From NCBI RefSeq assembly GCF_009914755.1, contig NC_060935.1: DNA of 64,000 nt. One strand, 5' to 3'. The notes below the pieces were generated by a model. That model was not told the origin of the DNA. It ran no database searches and saw only the letters and a program-made list of their open reading frames with translations. Positions within the stretch are counted from its first letter, which is position 1. The number at the start of each line of letters is the position of its first letter. A program made the position numbers and the translations under genes. Positions 28,258 through 43,999 of the stretch are shown here, in pieces. Origin of the DNA: the human T2T-CHM13v2.0 reference genome, Homo sapiens.

Positions 28258-29290
28258 TACTTTATTTTGGTATTGTTATAGATTTGGTGGTACAAGGTCC
28301 ATATATTATGTATTGATGAAGTTTGAGATTTTAATGTAATAATAACACAAAAGTATACATTGTAACCATTAGGTAATTTCTCATCCCTCAACCCCTCTCA
28401 CCCTTCTATCTTCCAAGTCTTTAATGTCTATCATCCCACCCTACATGTTTATATGTACACATTATTTAGCTCTTGCTTATAAATGAGAACATAGAGTATA
28501 TGACTGTTTCTGAGTTATTTCACTTAAGATAATAACCTCCAGTTTCATTCGTGTTGCTGCAAAACACATATGAAACCGAAGCAGAGCCCAAATAGCAAAA
28601 GCAATCCTAAGCAAAAAGAACAAAGCTGGAGGCATCATATTATTTGACTTTAAATTATGCTACAAGGCTGTAGTAACCAAAACAGTGTGGTACTGGTAGA
28701 AAGATAGACATATATATTAATGGAACAAAATAGAGAACCCAGAAATAAAGCCACATACTTACAGCCAACTGATCTTTGACAGAGTTGACAAAAATAAACA
28801 ATGAAGAGAGATAGTTTCTTCTGTAAAGCGTTCTGGGAAAGTTGTAGAGCCATGTGCAGAAGAATGAAACTAGACCTATATCTCTTACCGTATTCAAAAA
28901 TTAACTAAAGATGGATTAAAGACTTAAATGTAAGAATTAAAATTGTGGAAATTCTAAAAGAAAACCTAGAAAGAAATTCTTCTGGACATTGGTCTAGGCA
29001 AAGAATTCGTGACTCAGGCCTCAACAAAACAAAATGCAACGAAACAAAATAGACAAATGGGACTTAGTTAAACTGAAAAGTTTCTGTATCACTAAAGAAA
29101 TAATCAACACAGTGAACAGACAACCTACAAAATGTGAGGAAATAATTGTAAGCTATGCATCCTACAAAGGGCTAATATTCATTCTCTACAGGGAACTCAA
29201 ACATCTCAGCAAGAAAAAAAAAAACAACAAAAAACAAGTAAGCTCATTAAAAAGTGGCCAAAGGGCATAAACAGACATTTTTCAAAAGAA
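28258..29290 (-). mobile_element. L1PB-like insertion with inverted 5' part
   Basis: The 3' end lies on the minus strand (28258-28570) and directly abuts ORF2 sequence on the plus strand (28571-29290). Confidence 0.75.
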
Positions 29291-29769
29291 TAAATTACAG
29301 TAACTTTCTAAAAGGACAGTTCTAAACTAGCATAACCAATTCGATGAGACCTCAGTGCTGGAGTTTCAGCTGAGTAAAAACCCTAGGTTTGCCAGTGGCC
29401 TATTAATCTCCATCTATTCAAGAGGTGGGAATCAACTCATGTCAGCAGGCAGTAGTGTCACCCTAAGAACTCCAGTGAAGAGGCTTGTATATCTTCTTCA
29501 TTGATTTGTACCAATGTGATCTAGTTCAACAGTCAGGTTTTTTTCTCTTTAAGAAAAGCATTCCTGACCTTGACAATAAGTAGTTGCCCAGTAAGGGTTG
29601 TATAGAGAGATTTTAATACAAGAAAACTGACACAGATATGTGTGGGAGGGGGATGGGTGTGGGGAAGTAAAACACCTGAGTTAGATTGATTCAAAAGATA
29701 GACTTTATAATTTAACCACCTAAATTTAGATGTAAAACATTTTCCTCATGATGAAAATTTACGTTCAGC

Positions 29770-29975
29770 AATTGTGAACACACTTTACAATGGACCCCCA
29801 ATTACTTCCACAGACTGGTATTCATGACCTGTGTAATCCCATCCTCTTGAATGTGGGTAGGGCCTGTGACTTGCGTCTAACTCATACACTATGGAGACTG
29901 ATAAGATTTTACTTCTGTGATTACATTACACAAGATTGTAACTTCTGTCTAGGTATCAGACTCTCTAGCTTGCTC
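29770..29975 (+). mobile_element. MLT1F/G-like LTR fragment
   Basis: tgtgtaatcccatcctcttgaatgtggg...cctgtgacttg. Confidence 0.55.
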
Positions 29976-30014
29976 TCTCTCATATATTCACTTTCCGAAG
30001 AAATTGTCACCCTT

Positions 30015-30076
30015 CAATTTTGGTATTTGCAGGGAATTTTGGAAAAAATCGCCCATGAATATCAGGGGATGACTGT
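30015..30076 (-). mobile_element. MER2-like Tigger terminal fragment
   Basis: ttttggtatttgcaggg...atatcaggggatgactgta. Confidence 0.5.
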
Positions 30077-30399
30077 AATTGATTATTAGTTTTTTTGTTC
30101 ATTTTTTCAGATTTACTGTATAAACAACGTCATCTGCAAACAGAGACAGTTTTACTTCCTAATATGTGTATCTTTATTTACTTTTTTTGTCTTATTGCAT
30201 TTACAAAGACTTCCAAAATGATGTTGAAAAGGAGTGGTGAGAGGAGGCATCCTTGCCTTGTTCCCAGTCTTAGTGGGAAATCTCATTTCTCACCATTAAG
30301 TGTGATGTTAACTATAGGCTTTCTGTAGATGGGTGTTTATCAAGTTGAGGGAGTTCCCCTCTATTCTTAGTTTGCTGAAGTTGTTTTTTTCTTTTTTAA

Positions 30400-30863
<464 letters not shown>

Positions 30864-32685
30864 TTAATCATGAATAGATATATTTTTTTTCTAATGCTTT
30901 TTCTGCATCTATTGATATGATTATGTCATTTTTCTTCTTTAGCTTGTTGATATGATCAGTGAAATTAATTAGTTTACAAATTTTAAAGCAACCTTGCATA
31001 ACTGGAATAAATTATACTTGGTTATGGAGTATAATTCTTGTTATAAACTGTTGAATTTGATTTTCTAATATTTTGTGGAGGATTTTTACATCTATGTTCA
31101 TGAGACATAGTAATCTGTAGTTTTCTTTTCTTGTAGAGTCTCTGTCTTTTTTTGCTTTTGTTTTTGTGTTAGAGTAATGCTAGTCTCATAGAATGAGTTC
31201 AAAAATAGTCCCTTTGCTTTTATCATCTGAAAAAGTTGTAGAGAATTGGCATAATTTCTTTCTTAATTGTTTGATATAATTCACCAGTGAACCAAACTGG
31301 GCCTGGTGCTTTCTGTTTTTGAAATGTGTTAATTATTGATAATTTCCTTAAAAGATATCGGTTTATTCAGATTGTTTTTGTCTTCTTTTGTGAGTTTAGC
31401 AGATTTTGTTTTTCACAGATTCAGTCTATTCCAGGTTTGCAAATTTGTGGGTGTAGGTTTGTTAATAATATTTATTTTTTTCAATGTCCTTGGTATCTGT
31501 AGTGATGCTCACTTTTTTATTTCTTATATTAGGATTTGTGTCATCTCTATTTTTTCTGTTAACCTGTCTAGAGGATTATCAATTTTATTAATCTTTCAAA
31601 AAAACTAGCCTTTGGTTTTATTGATTTTCTATATTAATTTCATTGACTTACATTCTAGTATTTGTTATATTTTTTCTTTTTTTACTTTGAATTTAATTTT
31701 CTCTTTTTCTAGTTTCTAAATATTTAATCTTAGATTATTAATTTTTGGGTCTTTCTGCTTTTCTAATACATTGTTCAATGCTATAAATGTCCCCATAAGT
31801 ACTGCTTTCATTGCATTTCACAAATTTTGACAAGTTGTGTTTTCATTTTCATTTAGTTTGAAATACTTTTAATTTTTCTTAAGATTTCTTCTTTGACCCA
31901 TATTTTATTTAGAAGAGTGCTGTTTAATCTCTGAGTGTTTTGGGCTTTTGCAGCTATCTTTCTGTTATTGATTTTTAGTTTAATTCTATGGTGGTCTGAG
32001 AAGAGACATTGTATGATTTTAATTATTTTGAGTTTTTAAGGTATATTTTATAGACTGGAAAATGGTCTACTTTGGAAAACGTATTAGGTAGTTTGAGAAT
32101 AATGTGTATTCTATTGTTTTTGGATGAAGTAGTTGATAGATGTCAATTATATTCAGTTGATTGATGGTGCTATTGGTTTAAACTAGGTCCTTACTTATTT
32201 TCTGCTTGATGCATTTGATTATTTTCTGATAGAAAGGTGTTAACATCCCCAACCATAACAGTGAGTTCATATATTTCTACTTGTTGTTCTATCATTTTTT
32301 GCCTCATTTATTTTGACACTTTATTGTCAGGCATATACAACAGGAAGGATTGTTATATCTTCTTATAGAATTGACCCCTTTATCATTATGTAATGCCCCT
32401 CTTTATTGCTGATAACTTTCCTTCCTCTGAAATCTGCTCTGCCTGAAATTAATATAGCTATTTCCACTTTCTTTTCATTAGTGTTGAAATGGTATATCTG
32501 TCTTCATTTCTTTACTTTTAATCTATATGCACTTTTACAATTTAAAGTAGTTTCTCATAAACAACATATAGTTGAATCCTTTTTTTTAATCTATGTAACA
32601 GTCTCTGTTTTTTAACTGGTGTATTGAGATCATTAATATTTAAAGTGATTAATGATATAGTTAGATTAATAGCTACCTCCCATAT

Positions 32686-33915
32686 TGTAAAATACGTATT
32701 TGGACTTTGTCCCTGTTTTCTGGAATACAGCTAAAACTGTTGGAATCTCTTAAGTGATAAGTGCCTTTTTGTATAGTAATGAGATGACTGATGGCCAGGG
32801 ACTCTTGCATAGCCTCAGGATGGGGAACTGGTTGCCTGGGGAAGCAAACATATGATTAGAAGGTTAAAGCTTCCTATCCTAACCCCCAACCTCCAGAATG
32901 GAGAGAAAGAGTAAAAGTTGAGGTGATCATCAATGGTTAGTGATTTAATTAATCATACCTATGTAATGAAACTGCCACAAACCCAACAAGAACAGTTTAG
33001 AGAGCTTCTGAATAATTGACTATGTGAAGTTGCCTAGAAGGTAGCATGTGCGGTGAGATGGTTAGGCTCTGTTTCACTCTAATCTCATCTTGAATTGTAA
33101 TCCCCATAGTCTCCACCTGTCACTGGAGAGACCAGGTGGAGGTAATTGAATCATGGGGGGCGGTTTCCCCCATGCTGTTCTCCTGATTGTGAGTGTGTTC
33201 TCATGAGATCTGATGGCTTTATAAGGGGCTCTTCTCTCTTTGCTCAGCAGTTCTCCTTCCTACCACTCTGTGAAGAAGGTGCCTTCTTTCCCTTTGTCTT
33301 CCACTATGATTGTAAGTTTCCTGAGGCCTTTACAGCCACACGGAACTGGAAGTCAATCAAACCTCTTTCCATTATAAATTACCAAGTCTCTGGTATTTCC
33401 TTATAGCAATGTGACAACAGACTAATATACCTAGTGAGGGCATAGAAACTCTATGTACTTTTCCTCCCAAAGATTACCCTATGTATTTCCACAATCTGGT
33501 ATTTATCTATATCCTTTGTAATATCTTTTATAATAAATGCATAAATGTAAGTACAGTATTTCTCTGAGTTCTCTGAATCACTCTAGCAAATTAATCAAAA
33601 CTGAAGAGGGTGTTGCATGAACTCTAATTGACATTAAGTCAATCAGAAGCACAGGTCACAACTTGGGGCTTGTGACTGCCATCTGAAGTGGAGGGAAGTC
33701 TTGTGGGACTGAGCCTTTTGCCCATTGGATCTGACACTACCTCCAGGTAGTCTCAGAATTGAATTGAATTAAAGGATATCCTATTAGTGTTCACTGGAGA
33801 ATTAAGTGGTTGCTGTTGAGGAGAAATCCCTATACCTTTTGGTGATTAGAGGTGAAGTATTCTGTGTTGACTGCACAAGAGTGGGAAAAATAGGTTAATT
33901 TTTCCAATCTCTTCA
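32686..33915. mobile_element. MER21-like LTR interrupted by a THE1/MST LTR
   Basis: aatgagatgactgatggc...ctctagcaaattaatc...gagccttttgcccattggatctgac. Confidence 0.7.
33054..33429 (+). mobile_element. THE1D/MSTA-like solo LTR
   Basis: tgagatggttaggctc...atctcatcttgaattgtaatccc...gactaata. Confidence 0.85.
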
Positions 33916-34238
33916 GACTACCATGTTTGTTATTCTGTTTGTTGCCCTTGTTCTTTGTTCCTATTTTGTTTTACACTTTTTTCTGCCTTTTGTGATTTCG
34001 GTTGAACATTTTATATGATTTCATTTTCTCTAATTTCTCAGCATAACTCTAATAGTTCTTCTTTTTCATGGTTACCCTAAACTTTGCAATATACATTTAC
34101 AAATAATTAGTCTATTTTCAAATAACACTGTACCACTTCATGGGTAATGCAACTGTCTTATAATAACAAAATAATTTTAATTTATTCATTCTGTCCTCTG
34201 TATTGTTGCTATCCTTTATTTCACTTATTCATAAGGAC

Positions 34239-34315
34239 TGTGAAAGAAAGATAAAATCTTGAGACCCCAAGTTTCCTGTGCCAAAAGGGAAAAGTTAAAC
34301 TTAGAAGCCAAGTCT

Positions 34316-34354
<39 letters not shown>

Positions 34355-34869
34355 CTGCCTTGCTTTTTGTTCCTAAACCGATAGCTACAGATAGAAGGCC
34401 ACATGTCTTCACAGGGGGCCCTCCTCACCTTGACAATGTAAATTAATGGCTTATCTTCATGGCATGAGACAAGGGAGATGAGAAATTAATTTCTGTTAAC
34501 CCTGATATAAATGCATTTTTAACTGCTTCCTTTACTCTATGTTTATTTTGTAGCATGTAAAGTGCAGATTTGCTGAGTGCAAGATGAATACATAATTGAC
34601 TATATTTCCATCACCCCTCCTTTTCACATGCCAGATGTGGATTCACAAGAGGTAACCATACCTTTGCTCTTTTTTCACTTTCTCGTTTCCCCTCCTTCCT
34701 TCTTTTTCCCTTTAAATATTGAAAGTTTCAAAATCCTCTTCCAAAAACACATGAGCCACTGATCCTACTTTGGCTCTTGTCTCTTTTTCCCAGTTGCATC
34801 CTCAACTTTGGCAAAATAAACATTTAAATTGACTGAGACTTTTCTCAGATACTTTTTTTTTTGTTTACA
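34239..34869 (+). mobile_element. MER4-group ERV1 LTR with (AC)n at 34319-34352
   Basis: tgtgaaagaaagataaaatcttgagacccc...ggcaaaataaa...gtttaca. Confidence 0.7.
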
Positions 34870-35555
34870 GCACATATAAGCATGCATACATATATACATT
34901 CACACACACAGACACCCCATATGCTATATACCTATGTGTGTATTTATATATACATACACACAAACACATAGTCAAATACATTGTTGCTTTTATTTTGAAT
35001 AAACTGTTATCTGTTACATCAATTAAGAATTTTTAAAAAGTTTTAATTTACTTATTCCATCTCTGATACTCTTTCTTTCTTTATGTAGATTTGAGTTTCT
35101 CACATATGTTATTTGCCTTCTCTTTAAATAACTTATTTTAAAATTTCTGACAAAGCAGGTGTACTGGCAATAAACGCCATTTATTTGTCTGAGAAAGTAT
35201 TTCTCCTTCAATTTGTGAAGAATTAGGGCACAGAATTCTAGTTAGTGTTTTGCTTTTATTTTCTCTCAACACTTTTATTCACTCCACTTTGTTCTTGCTT
35301 GATTTCTGAGGATGAGTTGGATATAATTCTTATCTTTGCTTCTCTATAGATAAGGCATTTTTTGTTTGTTTGTTTATCCCCTGCATTTTTTCAGGACTTG
35401 ATTTTCCACAGTTTGAATATGATGTGTGTGTGTGTGTGCGCACGTGCATGTATTTTACATTTATCCTGCTTGTTTTTCTCTGAGCTTCCTGAATCGGTGG
35501 TTTTGTGTCTTGCATTAATTTGGGTAAAATTATCAGTCATTACTGCTTCAAACTA

Positions 35556-35625
35556 CCTTCTTTCCTTCCTTCCTTCCTTCCTTCCTTCCTTCCTTCCTTC
35601 CTTCCTTCCTTCCTTCCTTCCTTCC
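35556..35625. repeat. (CCTT)n tetranucleotide repeat
   Basis: About 15 perfect units. Confidence 0.95.
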
Positions 35626-35662
35626 TCTCTTTCTCTCTTCTCCTTCTTATATCCTTATTATA

Positions 35663-35742
35663 TTAGGTTGGAGCAAAAGTAATTGTGGTTTTTATCATTA
35701 CTTTCAATGACAAAAATCATAATTACTTTTGCACCAAGCTAA
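35663..35742. mobile_element. MADE1 (Hsmar1 mariner MITE)
   Basis: 80-bp near-palindrome ttaggttggagcaaaagtaattg...aattacttttgcaccaagctaa with TA on both flanks. Confidence 0.92.
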
Positions 35743-37223
35743 TATGTATGTTATACCTTTTATTGTTTGTTCCAAAGTTTTTGGATATTCTGGTCTATTT
35801 TCTAAGTCATTTTTCTCTTTTTTTTCAGTTTTGGACATTTTTATTGAGATACCCTACTCAAGCTCAGAGATTCTTTTCTCAGCCATGTCCGTGGCTGAGC
35901 CCACCACAGCCATTTGTCATTTATGTTACACTGTTTTTGATCTCGGTATTTCTTTTTGATTCTTTCTTAGGATTTTTATCTTTCTACTTGCATGGCCATA
36001 TGATCTTTAATGCTGCTTACTTTATCCATTAAAGCTGTTAGCATAGTAATCACAGTTGTTTTCAACTTCAAGTTGGATAACTCTTATATCCGTTCCATAT
36101 CTGAGTTTAGTTTTGATGCTTGCTTTGTCTCTCTAAACGGTGTATTTTGCCTTTACTGTGCCTTGTAATTTTTTCTTGGTAGCCAGACGTGAGGTACCAG
36201 GTAGAAGGAACTGCTGTATATAAGTCTTCAGTAAAATGTGGTGAGGTGTGGGATAGGGAAAGCATTCTGTACTCCTGAGATTAAGTCTGAGTCTTTCAGT
36301 GAGCCTGTGCTTCAGAAATCTCAACCTCACAAGTGCTTGTCAATTATCCTTCACCCCACTTGGTTGGGACAAAATGGCGAAAGTGAGCTAGAATGTGGTA
36401 TTTTCCTTCCCCCAGGTCAGTTAAGCACTGAAAAATTCTAATAGTTTAGGCTCCAGTAAAATAATTTCTTTGAGGGCAGGACTTATGAAGAAAAACCGAA
36501 TGCTCTGGTCTATTTCAAAAGGCTACTTTTCTTCTCCTCCTCCTAGAAGCATGAGGGATTTTTCTTATTTGCTGTGAGAACCTGGTTGAGCTCCTAGAGA
36601 TAAAACTCACAAAAGTATAGGAACTCCCCTATTATTTGGTCCCTTGGGAGTTTTTAACTCTCAGACTTGTCCACACTCAATCTCTAGGAATCCATCAATT
36701 ACAATTAAGGGTTTCCTACCCCAGTAATGGTTCCTGCAGAGGTGGGTTTCTGCTCCGTTAAGTTGTGACTATCTGTACTTGCCTGTCTGCCTCTCCAGCT
36801 TTTAGGGTAGTGGTTTGCCCTGCAATCTCATTTCTCTGACAGATGTGAGAAGAGTTGATTTCTCAGTTTGTTCAGCTTTTTACTTGTTGGGAGGAGATGG
36901 TGACTTCTAAGCTCCCCACTTACCAGATCGGAAAACTGGGGGAGGGGCAGCCTTCCAAATGTGTGGAGTGATAGAAACAATCTGGCAACAAATTGCCTCC
37001 CAAAGTGCATTCATTCAGTGCTGTCTGTGTTAGTGTCCCAGCTGCTCTCCCTCCCATTTGCGTCATACCTGGTGCTGACAGTGATTGTGGCTTTTGAAAA
37101 TTTGATAAAAATTGATTTGCTTATCTACTTTTCTCACCAAAATTCCAGGGTTTGGCTTTCAGGCTGAAAGATAAGTTACGACACATCCATCCACCTTCTG
37201 GCTGGCAGGTTTTACTGATATTA

Positions 37224-37602
<379 letters not shown>

Positions 37603-39051
37603 TTAATAAAGATTCAGGAGGAAGCAAGTTAAATGGGTATACTCAGTCTGCCGTTTTAACTCTTATTCCTTGAGACCCATGGGAAGAATCTTTCTAGTCT
37701 GTCCGCAGTGAAAATAGAACAGTTGTTCACAGTTCTCTCTACAGGCTGTTCCCTTGTGTCTGTCTGCAAGAGATTTATGAAATAGCCCAACACACCCTGT
37801 TCTCTTGGTGAAATATATTAATAGAAACCCTCTTAAGTTTTTTAAGGAAGCAGCTATTAACAACTTCACATAAAGGAGTTCTTACTGGGGAAATGGAAAA
37901 TTATGGACATAAAAATAGAACTTAAAATATTTGATATACCAGATGGGTAAACTTTATAAGCATGAACTTTAGGTGAGGATTTTATTGTCATTTTAATTCT
38001 TTAACCTTTCTTTAGAGTTCAGGACTAGACAGAGAAACTCATGAAGAAAATAAAGTTAAGGGCCTCTTTTCCATTTTCAAGAAGGCCCTTACAGTGATCC
38101 AGAAACCTCAAGATTCCTTCTCTCTTCTGTATCTTCACCTCCCCCTTTTGTATCCATGTATTTCTATGACTACGTGGAGACACATGCACATATACACATG
38201 AATGGATGATTGGTTAGATACAGATGTACATACACCAATGACAGAGAGCTAGATATACATATATACCTTAATAGAAAACAAATTTAAAAGTCTATACCTG
38301 AGATCCTTTGTGATTGATAAATATGATTTTTAGGCAAATGGCTGCTATGATTGACCTTAAGTTCAGGAAAAGGAACCCCTCTGAAAATACTGACGGAATC
38401 ACAATGAGTGAACTTCCTAATACATGTCTTTGTTCTTCCCTTTGACTTAGGAGGATTGTATGTAATATTTAGTCTTTGCTGAAGGGACTTACCAACTTCA
38501 AAAGTGGAGAAAAAAAGTAAGGAAATCCTGGCATCACTTTGTAATAGCCATAATAGGTGAGATAGCAGGAATGGGGATAAAATTACAAGTAACCTTAATA
38601 CTTTATATTAAATAAATCTTGAGGAAATTTATGGTAGATTTATTGTTATTTGCTATTTGCATTATTTTACAAATATAAATGAAATATTTTTTCTAGTACT
38701 ATACTAATCATTGTGGGGAATACCATTATATAATTTAGTCTTTGTCATGAAAATGTAATAAAGAATTCATGAAAACAAGGTATGTATACTTAAAAGTTCT
38801 AAAATAATGTTAGGTAATATATAAAAGAACAAAAAAGATGTAGTAACAGATGTGATTTTTATAAACACCACGGAGCTGAGATGGAAGGAATTTGTGGTAA
38901 TTTGAGACAGAAGGAAACTCACCCCTACACTTTCAGTGGGAGTGAGATTTAAGACATGTTTTTAAGAGAAATTGACATGGGCAGACAGTCCAGATTAGCA
39001 GGTTATATGAGTATGGTACCTAGATGGGGGTAAAATGGGTTGGTGATGTAG

Positions 39052-39356
<305 letters not shown>

Positions 39357-40129
39357 GATGTAGTTATTTTTAAATAAACATGCATAGTTTTATTGTGCAA
39401 ATTTAATAATCAGTATATATTGTTGAGGATATTTTAAGCTCCCTGAGACAAACAGATAAATAAAAATAACAAAAACAAACACAACTACTAAATCAGGATA
39501 GATCATGTCCCATTATATCCCTAACTGAAAGCAGTGACAGTAGGTCACCCTCTTTCCAATATCCAGCAAAATGTCTTTTCTATAATTGATAGTAAGAAAA
39601 AAATTGTCTCATGGAATAAAATAGGAGAAACTGATGTCTGCTTAGTATTTAGGATTATAAGTGCTCATGAGCTACATGTCAAGTAATTAGATTAATCAAG
39701 ATGCAGCCACTGACTTTAATTAAACTTTACAGCACTGAGTGAAGAGTAATAAACTTATATAAAATAAAATGGGTAGGATTTAGGGTCAATCTGCATTGCA
39801 TATTAATCAGATGTTGAGTGTTCTCTCTCAAAACACATACTCACAAAGAATATATTCAAAAGCTGCCTAAACATCTTGTCAGTTTCAGTTATGACAGTAG
39901 CCATCTGGACACTCCTGAACAGCTGCAGGTGTAGCATCACATGGCCATGGTGAAACTTAATGAAGAATGAACATATGATTTAATTCATTTTGACTTTGAA
40001 TTAGAATTAGAAGTCTAACTCCTGGAAATATGGGGCCAAGCCCACTGATGGTATTTATTTTGTTCTCTTGAAGAAAAATCTTCTCCAAATAGGAATTAAG
40101 AGCTTTGTTCTAAGATAATATGCTGTGTA

Positions 40130-41050
40130 CTCATTTACTCATCAACCATTTATCGAGCATCTGTTATGTGCTAGGCCTAGCAAAGCACTTGTGAAATTTG
40201 AAGTTCTTATCCTCATGAAACACAGAGGCTAATGGAGGAACAGAGAATAAACCAAGTACACAAATGTGCAGTTGTAAATTGTATTTAGTACTAGGCTGGA
40301 GGAAAAAATGAAGTATATAAGGTACATGTGTGGTAGTGGGGGATGCTTATTTAGGGTGATGAGGGAAAACACCTCTAGAAAAATAACCTTTCAATAAATG
40401 CTTAAACATTAAGAAGTTGGCCAATGAAAATCCAAGGCAGAAAAGGAGGTAGGGAGGAGAATATTCCAGGCAGAAGGAATACCATGTGAGAATGCCCTGA
40501 TACAGAATAGAACTTAGCATATTTACCCTTTGAAAGGAGTCCATTAGGTTTGCAGTAACATAGGCAATAGGAGAGAGGGATAAAATGAAAAGGAGGGAGA
40601 GAGAGAGTTGGGACACATAGCTATTTTAGGCCCTGGTTAAGAGTATAAGTTTTATACTCTATTGTAACAAAAACCAATAAAATTATTTTAATCAAAAGAG
40701 TGACATAAATTCTTTTCATTCAAAAATATTTATTGAGATCCTTAAGGTGTGCCTGGAACTGTTTTTCGGTTTTTGATATATATTAGTGAGATCACACACA
40801 CACACACATTCTAGCCTGTTTTGGACATGAGTTTGTATCCTACTTGTATACAGGGGATGGAGACAGACAACAGACAGTAGGAATTGTAAATAATTAAACT
40901 TTATAGTGTTAGGAAGTGATGAATCCTCCAGATAAAACAAAACACAGAACTAGAGAAGAAAAGTCAGGAATGTCAGGAATGGGATGTGAAGATAACAAAC
41001 CTGCAATTTTAAGTAAAGCAGTCAGAGTAGCCTTATTTATTAAATTATGG
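40130..41050 (-). mobile_element. L2 fragments
   Basis: catttactcatcaaccatttatcgagcatc; cattcaaaaatatttattgag. Confidence 0.6.
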
Positions 41051-42259
41051 ATCATAAAGAACTCTGTTTTAGATATTTGGGTTTTCTTTAGACTGTGAAA
41101 CTGAGACAATGAAAATGCTTTTTTCTCTCCTTAATATAAAACAAACTGTGTTTATATCAAGATTGCATATAAGTGTGATTGTTTGTAACTGTGACCATTG
41201 TTTCATCGACATTAAGCCTCCTGTTGGGTTTTGCATGGCTGTGATTGATTGACTGAGTGAGCGCTATTGTTTTGTGCTTGCATTTGGTTCTTGCCACACT
41301 GTTTGAATGTAAGATAGTTTAGAAATATATGCTTTTGATTATATGGTAGAAAAAATAGTTTTGTTATTATACTCAATGGATTACCCAAGTCACCAATCAG
41401 ATCTCAAAAAATTGGCTAATTCAGTAAATAACAGCAGAAGGGAGTCAATTGCTTAAACATTTTAGTATGTTTTATTACTGAATATTGGTTGTGCAATCAT
41501 GAATTCAGGTCTGATTAAGAAACAGCAAGACTGTTCTGCAGAAAATTTTAAACTACTCTTTCCTAAATTAAGATCAATTCCTATATTGAGGGCAATGTTT
41601 GGTTAAGAATTTCATATTCCATATCATTTGGCTTTTCTTCACCAATTACATGTGCTTATCAGATGGTTATTTTTGTGATACAACATGATTCTATGGATGA
41701 ATTTTAAATATTTGTTTTGTTATGGTATTATGAATATTTAAAATGAATTCCAGCTGACAGAATTTATCAGTTGAAGCCTAATTTGAATTTTAAGTCAATA
41801 AAATGGCATGCCCTTTTTGTTATTAATTCACTTATTCATTCATTTATTAAGTTTCCATTACAGAATAAGTCCATGGCTAGTGCTCAGGAATCTAACATTT
41901 AAAAAGACAAAATCTTTACTTTGGGAGACCACCTCCTTTGTTTTGAGAGCATTTTAATTGATCATGGGAAGCCCAACTCCTTCTGAAATCCTTAAAATGA
42001 TGAAGGAAGGGAAAAGGAAAGGAATCAGCGTGATTGAAGTAGAGAAGAAGAAAGCAAGGTCAGTTCTAGGACCAACGGAACTCTGTTCAAGCATGCTCAG
42101 CTAAGAGGGGGATTGCGGGCTAAAATACAGTTCATGTTTCACTCATGAAGCTCTACACAGCATTGTTTCCCCTGCCAAAAGGGGTGACTTTTTCTAATTT
42201 TCAAAAAGCTCCTCTGGGTTAATGATGACCCTGTTCAGTCCTTACATTTGATAGTATTC

Positions 42260-42500
42260 ATATCTAGTATTTATAGGGCTTTAACATGTGTCAGGAATTG
42301 TGTTTTGTGTATAATATCTCATTTATTTTATCTGAACAATCTAACAAGGGAGATGCTGTTGTTATCCCCATTTGACAGATGAGAAAACTGTACCTCAGGG
42401 AGAATGTAATTTGCTTAAGCATATCCAGCTCCTAGAACCAAATTTGAAGCTAGGCTTTTTGTTTCTAGGACTCATTGATTTTATTCACCATGCTAAAGCA
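42260..42500 (-). mobile_element. MIR
   Basis: atccccatttgacagatgagaaaactg. Confidence 0.7.
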
Positions 42501-43999
42501 TGATGTACACAAACATGCACACACAAATATATATATTAACTTGAATTTGGTAATTATTTGCAGCTAAAGAGTATTTATGCAACAGCTATGACTAGCAGAG
42601 AATGCAAATAGCCAGGAATCCTGTGTTTAGAACTCAGTAACACTGAGCAGGAATAAATTGCTGTTATGGGATTCTTGGTTACACTGCTCTATTAATTTAA
42701 TAGCAGACTCTGACTTTATTACAGTAAATAACATATTCATTAAAATGTTTAAACACTCATGAATGAAGAGAAGAGGCATTAGAAATGCACTCTGCTAGCA
42801 TAACCAACAAAGCAATGCAATCATTTCATTGCATTAGGGAATGCTGGGGAGGTGATCTCCCTGCTTTCAGACTGACTCTTTCAGCTTGTTTTGTCTTTGG
42901 CAGTCAAGCCCCCTATCCATACCACTGAGGGTAACTAAAGAGAGCTATTTATTTGGGATAGAAAAACCAGTAACCTCTTGGTGGAATAAAGTGATCAAGA
43001 AGTAATGTAAGCCTTCAAGAAGAAAAAGTTTGTTCTAGATTGGTTTAGGTTAATCCACCACAGGGGAATATTGAATAGTTCTTCATTCCCAATGCATGAA
43101 AAAGTCAACTACATTCTGAGCAGAGGAATGAAAATGTGCATGTTTTATGAATGTCAGGTAAGGCCTGGTGGTTCAGAGAATTTTTATTTGAGATTCTAAT
43201 TCCATATGTTTAAGATCATCTGCTCTAGTGAAGGGTAGCTCCTGGGTGTTCCTGACATCAAAATATTGGCATTTTTTTTTTGGCTGGCAAGTTAAAAATA
43301 CACAAAATGGAGGTAGTTTTAGAAAATAAGACATTATCTTTAGCTAATTTTTAATCACCCTTTGAGGTCTTTGAGTAGTACTCTTGACGGTAATATGGCT
43401 ATAGATGCACAATGAGTTGTATAAAGCAGAGAACATTTAGGTCACTATAATGATGTGGGCTATAAGAACCCAGTGATGACAGTGGTAACAGAGAGAAGAC
43501 AGATGTGAGAGAAATGGTATCTCATACAGGGCTTGACAATCCTTAATTGGATGTAAGAGACAGGGGAGAGAAAAGAGGTTTGTTTTTTTTTTTTTTCTGG
43601 TGCATCCACTCATTTATTTAAGAAGTAAGTATTTACTACCTATTATGTCCCAGGCACTAGGATGCAATGCCTGTCCTATTGCTAAATTTTCTGAAACTTC
43701 CATTGACTCAGTTGGAGCTACCATCATGTGCTATTGTCAATTTCCCCACTGCTTTAATTGCCTCCAGAATCAAAATTAAATGGTTACTCCTTTTCTATCA
43801 TCTGCAATTCTCTTTTCAGTGTTTCTCACCGGGAGAAGCTGACAAATACTCAGATGGCCTTGGGGGTCTGGTATGTACTTTGCAGGCCTTCAACTCTGGT
43901 GGTACAAAAACACATAGGAAGGAGAATGTAAAACTTAGGCCAGTGAGAACTACTGGACAAAAAGGTATTGTGATCACATCACATTTTGGTGGAAATCAT

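Noticed and set aside
35663-35742. Long hairpin resembling a pre-miRNA
   Set aside because: Explained by MADE1; a miR-548-like product cannot be supported from sequence alone.
38451-38516. Acceptor/donor-bounded segment
   Set aside because: Such pseudo-exons are common and there is no other support.
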